Source: a virus. Taken from it: 59,252 nucleotides of DNA. Below are positions 14,967 to 22,600 of this stretch, in pieces; position 1 is the stretch's first letter; each line of letters starts with the position of its first letter. Where the stretch lies: the IMG/VR virus record IMGVR_UViG_3300042975_000012; one strand, 5' to 3'. A model generated the notes under the pieces. It saw only the letters and a program-made list of their open reading frames with translations. It was not told the DNA's origin and did not search any database. Position numbers and translations under genes: made by a program.

Positions 14967-15273
14967 GGTCTCTTCCTTCGGTATAATCTTCTATAAGTTC
15001 GGCTGTTGAATAAGTAGTTGATGGTAGAATTTCCTGAACTGTGAACAAGTCATTGTTCATATGAGAAAGATAAGTCACACAGAAAGTTCTAATAACGCCA
15101 TTCTGAGATCCTACGACTTCATAGTCATTGTAGAAACATAACCATTCATCATGGTCTATTTCTCGAATTTTTACCACTTGCTTGAAATAATCAAATGGCA
15201 CATCTCGAGAATATCCATAATTATCACTACTATTCATATAACTATAAACAGCAGCCAATACCAAGTCATCCAT
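14947..15273 (-). CDS. Hypothetical protein (108 aa), tandem paralog of 14694..14966
   Basis: See partner. RBS AAAGGAACAAATT. Confidence 0.55.
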   Translation of the reverse strand: MDDLVLAAVYSYMNSSDNYGYSRDVPFDYFKQVVKIREIDHDEWLCFYNDYEVVGSQNGVIRTFCVTYLSHMNNDLFTVQEILPSTTYSTAELIEDYTEGRDHGRIDS

Positions 15274-15289
15274 AATTTGTTCCTTTACA

Positions 15290-15304
15290 ATATAGTGACT
15301 TTTT
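15290..15304 (-). promoter_or_regulatory. Motif B
   Basis: RC reads AAAAAGTCACTATAT within TTTACAA...TTGTAAA flanks. Confidence 0.4.
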
Positions 15305-15317
15305 TGTAAAAAATAAA

Positions 15318-15412
15318 GAAGAAGTTGTAATGAATTTTATCCATTATCTCGCATACAATCACGCAAGATAAATCTCGCATACAATCACGCGATTTTTCAT
15401 TACAACTTCTTC
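15318..15412 (-). ncRNA. Twin-repeat hairpin cassette E1
   Basis: Perfect 17-bp outer arms gaagaagttgtaatgaa/ttcattacaacttcttc. 19-nt repeats atctcgcatacaatcacgc at 15346..15364 and 15372..15390. Inner ttatc/gataa pairing. RC tail TTTATTTTTT. Confidence 0.5.
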
Positions 15413-15432
15413 ATTATATGACATGTAAAAAA
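15409..15432 (-). promoter_or_regulatory. Motif A promoter-like element
   Basis: RC reads TTTTTTACATGTCATATAATGAAG. Confidence 0.55.
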
Positions 15433-15436
15433 TGTA

Positions 15437-15856
15437 CTAATTTCTCGAACCAAGGCCTATAATTTCAAAATGTTGACCTAGATAATCTGGTTTCGTTCCA
15501 TTGATAACTTTCGACAAATTAGCTCTGCTTACACCAAGATCTTCCGCAGCAGAACTAATACTATCCCAGATTTCACCCGTTTCAATGCATCGAACTATCT
15601 TAGATAGATGCCCTTGAAAATTGTTTTGGGTAATAGTTGAATTATTAATTATTGGAGAATTAGATATTGACTTTGCTTTAACGATCAGTTCTTGACCTGT
15701 ATCAGCAACATCAATCTTCTTTCCTATAATAATTCCAACTCCTATACTCAATGCAATCACTCCTGCTGAAATATAAACAGTCTTATACTGGTCGAAGTGG
15801 TCTCTAATTCTATCAAGTACAGAATCATACTCGTCTTCATCATTATTTTCAAACAT
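15437..15856 (-). CDS. Membrane-anchored NUMOD1-like HTH protein, paralog 3 of 5
   Basis: Acidic N-terminus, TM ISAGVIALSIGVGIIIG, C-terminus IVRCIETGEIWDSISSAAEDLGVSRANLSKVINGTKPDYLGQHF. Confidence 0.6.
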   Translation of the reverse strand: MFENNDEDEYDSVLDRIRDHFDQYKTVYISAGVIALSIGVGIIIGKKIDVADTGQELIVKAKSISNSPIINNSTITQNNFQGHLSKIVRCIETGEIWDSISSAAEDLGVSRANLSKVINGTKPDYLGQHFEIIGLGSRN

Positions 15857-15871
15857 AATTGTTCCTTTACA

Positions 15872-15886
15872 ATATAGTGACTTTTT
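15872..15886 (-). promoter_or_regulatory. Motif B
   Basis: RC reads AAAAAGTCACTATAT. Confidence 0.4.
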
Positions 15887-15899
15887 TGTAAAAAATAAA

Positions 15900-15980
15900 G
15901 AAGAAGTAGTAAATCCTAAGTCTCCCGCAATCGGGAAAAATAGGTAGCGTCCGCAATCGGATACAGTTTACTACTTCTTC
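15900..15980 (-). ncRNA. Twin-repeat hairpin cassette E2
   Basis: Perfect 14-bp outer arms gaagaagtagtaaa/tttactacttcttc. Repeats ccgcaatcgg at 15925..15934 and 15951..15960, each a mini-hairpin. Inner ccta/tagg pairing. Confidence 0.5.
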
Positions 15981-16000
15981 ATTATAGCGCATGTAAAAAA
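15977..16000 (-). promoter_or_regulatory. Motif A promoter-like element
   Basis: RC reads TTTTTTACATGCGCTATAATGAAG. Confidence 0.55.
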
Positions 16001-16004
16001 TGTA

Positions 16005-16412
16005 TTATTGTCGAGAGCCTACACCTAAGACTTCGAAATGCATTCCACCAGCGCTTTCACTATGTCCATTTATTACTTTTGAAATATCACTAGCTTTGAC
16101 ATCTAAGTCTTCTGCTGCTTCTCGAATACTAGGCCAGATTTCACCCGTTTCAATGCATCGAACTATCTTAGATAGATGCCCTTGAAAATTATTCTGAATC
16201 AAACTTCCGTTGTTGATAATAGCTTCTGTTGAATTGGATATAACATTTGTAGGAAGGTCGTGTGTATCAATCTTCTTTCCTATAATAATTCCAACTCCTA
16301 TACTCAATGCAATCACTCCTGCCGAAATATAAACAGTCTTATACTGGTCGAAGTGATCTTTGACTCTATCCAGTATAGAATCATACTCATCATCGTTATC
16401 ATTGTCAAACAT
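16005..16412 (-). CDS. Membrane-anchored NUMOD1-like HTH protein, paralog 4 of 5
   Basis: Real start is MFDNDNDDEY at 16412 behind AAAGGAACAATT. The N-terminal 50 aa are nearly identical to paralog 3. Confidence 0.6.
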   Translation of the reverse strand: MFDNDNDDEYDSILDRVKDHFDQYKTVYISAGVIALSIGVGIIIGKKIDTHDLPTNVISNSTEAIINNGSLIQNNFQGHLSKIVRCIETGEIWPSIREAAEDLDVKASDISKVINGHSESAGGMHFEVLGVGSRQ

Positions 16413-16427
16413 AATTGTTCCTTTACA

Positions 16428-16442
16428 ATATAGTGACTTTTT
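16428..16442 (-). promoter_or_regulatory. Motif B
   Basis: RC reads AAAAAGTCACTATAT. Confidence 0.4.
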
Positions 16443-16451
16443 GTAAAAAGT

Positions 16452-16472
16452 AAAGCACCATGTAGTGCTTTT
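16452..16472 (-). terminator. Intrinsic terminator with CTACATGG apex, about 75 nt downstream of a motif A
   Basis: RC reads AAAAGCACTACATGGTGCTTT then ACTTTTT. Confidence 0.6.
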
Positions 16473-16520
16473 AAATGTCCTCAATTGCTGTTAAGCGTCG
16501 GAGGGCAACCTTCCTATCTT

Positions 16521-16545
16521 CTTCATTATACAGTATGTAAAATTT
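16521..16545 (-). promoter_or_regulatory. Motif A promoter-like element
   Basis: RC reads AAATTTTACATACTGTATAATGAAG. Confidence 0.5.
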
Positions 16546-16548
16546 TTA

Positions 16549-16842
16549 CTATCGCCATGTGATGATATTATTATGTATCCGTTGGATATCGGAATCAGTC
16601 CATTCTGATAATTCGACATCATCCATCCAAGGATATGCAGACTTCAGTAACTCTGGAATATGACGCGTTGTCTTTTTACCGTCGATAACTATCATAACGA
16701 ATGGACCTTTTTTATTACGCCCTCGTGTATACATGGTCAACCGACGAACATCATGTTGTTTTGTTTCTGAATATACATTGCCATCCATATCGATGGTATA
16801 TCCGAAGCATTCCGGAATTGCTGCTGAATGTTCATATGACAT
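16549..16842 (-). CDS. NUMOD4-like small protein (97 aa)
   Basis: IPECFGYTIDMDGNVYS. TAATG overlap with the helicase gene. Confidence 0.4.
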   Translation of the reverse strand: MSYEHSAAIPECFGYTIDMDGNVYSETKQHDVRRLTMYTRGRNKKGPFVMIVIDGKKTTRHIPELLKSAYPWMDDVELSEWTDSDIQRIHNNIITWR

Positions 16843-18071
16843 TACTTCTCCTTAAATGTTATATCTTGTTTTCTAAGCCATAGTTTTTCATTGAACTTCT
16901 TCTTACCGGATATGGATTTGGCAATAGCTCGGTCAATTGGAGCTTTGCTTACTAATCGGAAATAGTATAGATCTATAAATGTTGTATTCATTCTATCTAT
17001 ACGTCCACAAGCCTGTTCCATAATCTTATATGAATAGTTCAACGAATAGAATATGACAGTATCGGTTGTAATACAATTCCATCCTTCGGCCCCTGCTGTA
17101 TACTGAACCAAGTATACCCATTTATCACCATCTAGGATAGGTTCGTGCTTCTCTCCATTCCATTCTGAATATGGAAAGCGAAGTCGTCGCATAAGGTCTC
17201 GTAATGCATTCAGCTCAAAGGTATAGTTATAGAATATGATGACTTTGTTGTGTTGCTTGAGTATAGTTGCAATGGCTTCTGTTCTGGATGTATCAGTATC
17301 TACTACTTTACGAAGGCCAGCCATAAGTCCAGAAACATTCTTATATGGTTTATTATTCCAAATATCAAACCGTTTCTTGCGAATGATATCGTATGTTGCC
17401 TTATCATAGTCAACTGGAATATCACATGTTATACGATTCGTATGTCGTGGAACTTTCATAGTTATTACAAGATGATCGATATAGAAGTCGAGAATGTTAG
17501 TATCAATATACCGTTCTATGACAGGATAGCGTATAGCTCGTCGATAGACAATATGATGCCATTCGAAGTCTGACTTGTTCTTGTAGAGATTGTTGGCGAT
17601 CATCACCGACATGTAGTCAGAATATGTATCGCCTGGTGTCGCTGATAACAGAATCCACGAATTTCCCTCCCGGGCAATTTTTATGAATGCTTTTGACCAA
17701 ACTCCATATCCAACAACTCGCTGTTCATCAAATATGAAGCATGAGTTCTTAATGTTCTCATATTTCTTTATATTATTCCAACTATCAACTGTCACATGGA
17801 CTTTTGTATGATCGTAGACGAAGGGAATGAGTTCTTCTTCCCAATCTAAAGTGTCACGTTTACGGACAGTCGTAATAATATAGAGGTCTTTGGGTGTCTT
17901 CATACAAACCGATTTGTGTGACTCATTGATAGGAACCGTACCTCCACCAATATAGTGATACCACCATAAAAGGGACGTACGGCTCTTACCACTTCCAACA
18001 CCACCAACAAGAATGTTACCAGATTTAATAGTCCGTGCGGCTTTAAGTTGTTCTGTGCTGAAATTAACCAT
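16842..18071 (-). CDS. Superfamily-2 DNA helicase
   Basis: Walker A GGVGSGKSRT, Walker B FIFDEQR, motif III SATPGD, motif VI QACGRIDR. Confidence 0.7.
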   Translation of the reverse strand: MVNFSTEQLKAARTIKSGNILVGGVGSGKSRTSLLWWYHYIGGGTVPINESHKSVCMKTPKDLYIITTVRKRDTLDWEEELIPFVYDHTKVHVTVDSWNNIKKYENIKNSCFIFDEQRVVGYGVWSKAFIKIAREGNSWILLSATPGDTYSDYMSVMIANNLYKNKSDFEWHHIVYRRAIRYPVIERYIDTNILDFYIDHLVITMKVPRHTNRITCDIPVDYDKATYDIIRKKRFDIWNNKPYKNVSGLMAGLRKVVDTDTSRTEAIATILKQHNKVIIFYNYTFELNALRDLMRRLRFPYSEWNGEKHEPILDGDKWVYLVQYTAGAEGWNCITTDTVIFYSLNYSYKIMEQACGRIDRMNTTFIDLYYFRLVSKAPIDRAIAKSISGKKKFNEKLWLRKQDITFKEK

Positions 18072-18250
18072 TAGGCAATATATAACCTATACTCATCGGG
18101 GTTTGTGTATTCGAATACGTATTTATTCAATACCCCTTTATCTACGGTAATGAATAATGAATTCTCTGTACGAGTTTCGATTCTAATACAGTTCGCAGCA
18201 AGGATCGGATAGATCTTTTCGAATACGGAAATAAGCTCATCGTGTGACAT
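18071..18250 (-). CDS. Small hypothetical protein (59 aa), just below the track cutoff
   Basis: ATG at 18250 and TAATG overlap with the helicase start. Fills an otherwise 182-bp gap. Translated by hand. Confidence 0.4.
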   Translation of the reverse strand: MSHDELISVFEKIYPILAANCIRIETRTENSLFITVDKGVLNKYVFEYTNPDEYRLYIA

Positions 18251-18253
18251 GCT

Positions 18254-18781
18254 TTAGTCCTTAATAAAAGTGCTCAACTCATCTTGTTGCCAAGATTCTG
18301 TAGGGCCTGTCTGGTGGTTATAGTGAGAATGAAGTCTAGGATCGCCATATACTACTTCACTTGGTGATTCAAGACGTTCGAAGGATAGCTGACCTATAGC
18401 CATTCCTTGGTGTAAATAGATATTAGTATTAGAAAGATTTTTTATTTCTAGAGTAATAGTTCCTTCGAACCCTGGATCGATGAATCCTGCGGTAACATGT
18501 GTCATAAGACCAAGTCGTCCAAGAGAAGACTTTCCCTCAAATCGACAGCACAAATATGCAGGGATTCGGACCTGCTCTACTGTTGAGCAAATCATAAAAT
18601 CCCCGGGCCAGAGTTTATATCTATTCCCGAGCTCTCCTTCAGCTTTACCACACTCATTCATCATAATAAAGCCACTGGCAAGATGCACATCATAGCTTGC
18701 CGGCTGAACGCAATCTACATTATATGGCTGAATAAGTTGGTCGTCTTCACACAGTTTTTTAATGTTCTGATATGGTAACAT
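18254..18781 (-). CDS. dcd: dCTP deaminase / dUTPase-superfamily enzyme
   Basis: QPASYDVHL ... GRLGLMTHVTAGFIDPGFEGTITLEIKN. Start at ATG 18781 behind AAGAAAGAGTAAT. Confidence 0.65.
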   Translation of the reverse strand: MLPYQNIKKLCEDDQLIQPYNVDCVQPASYDVHLASGFIMMNECGKAEGELGNRYKLWPGDFMICSTVEQVRIPAYLCCRFEGKSSLGRLGLMTHVTAGFIDPGFEGTITLEIKNLSNTNIYLHQGMAIGQLSFERLESPSEVVYGDPRLHSHYNHQTGPTESWQQDELSTFIKD

Positions 18782-18782
18782 A

Positions 18783-18965
18783 TTACTCTTTCTTAGAGCG
18801 CTGATAATCAATATTTTTTAAGGGTACAGATACAGTAAGAGCATCGATGTTAATCTTTTGAATAGATTGCCCAAAATCTATGAAGTTTTTTGCTACACCA
18901 CGAAGGGCATGCTGTAGTCCAACTACTGTTTCGATTTCGTATTCCAACAATATAGTAATCTCCAA
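18783..18965 (-). CDS. Hypothetical small protein (60 aa, TTG start, uncertain)
   Basis: ORF only. Non-ATG start and weak RBS. Confidence 0.3.
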   Translation of the reverse strand: MEITILLEYEIETVVGLQHALRGVAKNFIDFGQSIQKINIDALTVSVPLKNIDYQRSKKE

Positions 18966-19041
18966 TCCAATGGGGCCCCAGAATATAATCCAGAGCCCCT
19001 AATAGAATGTTATAGATTATAAGAGAATATCGTAGAATATA

Positions 19042-19593
19042 CTAGTCTAGTCCAACAAGACCATTATCCTGACGCTTCTTGATCTGTTCGAATTCAATAG
19101 TATCCATATGACCGGAATCACCCATATTTGCATACTTCTCTTCCAGATTACTTACCAGAACGTGGAAATATGCAAGTTCGAGCTTTGCTGCAACACCCTC
19201 AGTCTTATTGGGCATCAGCCAGTGATAGGTTCGAACATCTACATCAGCTTTTACAATACGAGCTCCATCAAGGGTTGCAACATTCGACTCCGTGATAGGG
19301 ATGGTCTTTCCATTGCGAACCTCGAAGATCTTCGGGTCAAATTGCGGATACTTGTCATTCCAACTAAAGCTGACCTTCAGCGTATACAGCGGTGGTTCAC
19401 CTTCATTCTTCGAAGGATGCTCTTTAACATTAAACCCGGCTTCTTCTGCCTGCTTGCGTTGGTCATCATTCAGTGTGATGTTGAAATATCGAGAACCTTC
19501 AGGGGCGTACATCGTCTTCGCACCTGAGAAGTTGCTCCAAATGGTCTCGACATTCTCGAAAGTCAGTGTCTTTTCGTCAAATCCGTTTGCCAT
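19042..19593 (-). CDS. Putative single-stranded DNA-binding protein (T7 gp2.5 / DUF2815-like)
   Basis: Position next to the replicase, beta-rich OB-like sequence and acidic C-terminal tail. Weak, from memory only. Confidence 0.35.
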   Translation of the reverse strand: MANGFDEKTLTFENVETIWSNFSGAKTMYAPEGSRYFNITLNDDQRKQAEEAGFNVKEHPSKNEGEPPLYTLKVSFSWNDKYPQFDPKIFEVRNGKTIPITESNVATLDGARIVKADVDVRTYHWLMPNKTEGVAAKLELAYFHVLVSNLEEKYANMGDSGHMDTIEFEQIKKRQDNGLVGLD

Positions 19594-19605
19594 AATATTG
19601 TTCCT

Positions 19606-22600
19606 TTACATAAATTGTTTGAGGGCTTGCTGTGCAGCAGTATCCTCAGTTGATGTTTTGCTATTAATGAAGTCATAAACTGTTTCCAGATTACAATTCT
19701 TCATATTATCTTGGATTGCCTGTTTTGCATCATCTGCCAATGAATCAAAATACGTCAAGTCAACAGCATCAATAGCACCGACACTTTTGACAACTTCTGC
19801 TTCATTCCAAATATAACCTTTGGTCCCAGATAGATAGTTGAACTTACCATCTCGTTTCGTCATCAGGTCTCCGCCAGTATGAGTATCCATAACTGGAACG
19901 AAGTTTCCTTCCTTTCCAACGAATCGAATCGGCTTTCCATCTTTGCAAATATAGACTGGTGTCTGGGCAGACTTATGTTGAAGCAAATCATCAAAGCTAT
20001 AGTCTTCATGAGAAAATAGAGTCTTGAAGACATATGGCTCTTGGAATTGCTTGCCTGTTGCAGACCATCGTACTGAATCATCTGAACTCTGTCGCATACC
20101 ATCGTCGCCAAGAGCAAGTTTAGAAATATAAACTGCTTTATTAACGATGCACATACGGTCATACACAGCCTCGAGTTCAAAATCATAACCATACTGATGG
20201 CCATAGTCAATGATAAACTGCGCAATCTTCGGGTCTGCATTTGCGACCTTGATTGAATCGGTCTTAATATGGACTACAGTATAGCCCATCGCTTCAACCT
20301 TTTCTGTCAGATCCATCATAAACAAAGCACCACGCTTTGCTACAATATTGTCTACATTTCGAGGATCACGAGCCTTATTGGGGAATCGAGCAGCAGTCAA
20401 TCCATAAATGGAATTGATTACTGTCTTCAAAGCTCCAACCAAGTCTTTTCGAATATCATTCCAATCTGGTGCATTGACAAACTTCATCAATTCACCATTA
20501 AGAATGGTCTTCAATTTTTCTGTATCATTGTGTTTTGCTGCAATACGAGCCTCCTTGATTTCTGCAAATCGCTTGGTGTATTTATCACCAAATAGATTCA
20601 AATTAATCAGGGATGAGGGATGCATACTGGCAATATCGAACAATCCGACATTGAAATATGTTCCTTCATTGACATATACTCGACCGCCTTCGCCAACAAC
20701 TTCACCTCGATATGTCGACACTCCCTTCTTGAATTCGTAACCCGGGAACATCTCCGAGAGGTCCGTGTATACGAATTGTTTTTGAGGAGCAGGATCATCA
20801 CCAAATATGAACGCTGTCGATAAGGTGTTCGTGGTATCATTGACAGTCTTTCCAGTAATATCCGCTAGAATCTGTCGCGCTTTGAAGTCGCCTTGCGTAG
20901 CATTCCATACAGCTTCGGTTGCCTGTACATCATTGCAGCAATAGTCGGTTACCTCTGTCCAATATTGTTTCGGTAAATCTTCGTCCCATGGGTATTGGTT
21001 TTCAACATGATGAATATCAAGTTTGAATTCCCACTTCTTCAGCGACATCTTGTTTCCTGCGGAACAATAATCATAGATATCTGTGTATGACAGATTATAT
21101 GCTTGTCCAAAGAAGCAATCTCTATCTTTGGTCTTGCTTGAATTGATAATTCGTTGCGACAACTCATAGAGACCTTTATTCGAATACCCCTGAGTCCACG
21201 CATACATAATATGATTATCGTATCTACGATTATTGAAACCTACAAGTTTGTAGTTGAATAGACGCTGCACTTCTTCCGGTTTGGGATTGATCATCCTAAC
21301 ACAATCAGGCAAACCTTGCTTTTTATAGCAGACGATGAATACATTCGGAAAGACCTCTACGTCGAAAAACACTATAGAATCTTCAGACTCTTTTTGCGCT
21401 TTCTCTGCTTCAATCATATCTCGTGATTTAAACTTCATATTGGTAACCATACTCAGGCAATATGGAGCTTGGTGCGTACTTCCTGTAGCAAAACTAATCA
21501 CATCGCGCTTCATATCAGATACATCATACGATACATCCGAATCGAATGCCTCATCCAATACTGTACAGATAAAACTAATATTGGGTGTTGTGTTAGGCCA
21601 AATCTCTTTCCTGAAAGCTTTGGCAATCAGATTACGAATATGCCGCTCATCTTTAATTTCTTTGTCAGATATCATTTCCTTTTCTTTCACCGGAAGTATT
21701 CCTTCTGGCATATTAGCGATAGGAATATCATTGCACTTAGTAAGTTTCCTACGAAGTGCAGCGTTTCCCCTATACACTTTTATCTCAACATCAGGTTTGA
21801 CTAGATGTGCGAGTAGAGCTGGATCACCATCATACCAATATGCAAGATGGACACCCGAACCTGATTTGCTATACTCGCCATTAGTCTTCAGATATTTTGA
21901 TGCCTCGCGAAGATTAAGAGTCAGATCTTTCTCACCACTTGAGTTCTTAATATCAAAATCCAATATGATGAGATTCTCTGGAACTTTCACATAGTGAAGT
22001 TGTCGTGTATCCAAGTCTAATAGTTTGGTAGTTACTCGATCCCATCGAATTCTAGGATATCCATCGGCATTGGTAAGCTGTGCAGGTTGGTTTGCCATGA
22101 CTTGGTCAAATATGGATTCCTGTTCAGTGAATTTCAACCAATCAGGAATGGTATCCTTCTCTACAATGACTTTGTCTTTATTCATAGCGAACTCTGCAAA
22201 TTTCTCATATCGGAATCCTTCATAATAGTTTCGAAGACGCTCACCATCAATCATCGTTCGCTTATAGAAGTTTTCGAAATATGACTTGAGTTCATCTTGG
22301 AAATATCCACGATTGCCTTTGTACTGATAGTTACCTGAATCACAGAAAGTCTGGTACATGTCCCAAACTTCAGCAAGAGTAACACCATCTTTGGTAAGAA
22401 AATAATCATAATTCTCACTGAGGAAGTTATAAATAAGATTAGTTTTCTCTTCCATTTGGATAGCTACATAATCAGCATATAGGTTCTCACCATAAGTATT
22501 GTATACGTCTATACAACGCTTGGCAATGGACCCATATTCGAAGGCAGTTTGGTTTATGAGTTCTTTATACTTAGTATAAGGAATCTTATTACCAGTTGGA

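Noticed and set aside
15290-15304. Motif B (GTCACTATAT) as a T7/SP6-class promoter
   Set aside because: The CACTATA core matches. However, no T7-like single-subunit RNAP (no DxxGxxQH or HDSFG-type motifs) is encoded. The only polymerase candidate is of the two-barrel type, so the similarity may be coincidental.
15318-15412. The layout of promoter, tandem RNA repeats, terminator and gene as a type III toxin-antitoxin locus (ToxIN/CptIN-like)
   Set aside because: The architecture is analogous. However, the repeats are about 26 nt rather than 34-45 nt, and they sit inside a closing stem. The downstream genes are small membrane or HTH proteins with no resemblance to ToxN/AbiQ endoribonucleases. 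I kept this as an analogy only.
18254-18781. dCTP deaminase as evidence for uracil-containing or hypermodified phage DNA
   Set aside because: I did not recognise any accompanying functions (dUTPase inhibitor, Ugi-like protein, dTMP-depleting enzymes, base-modifying transferases). A lone Dcd-like enzyme is common in phages for nucleotide-pool balancing.
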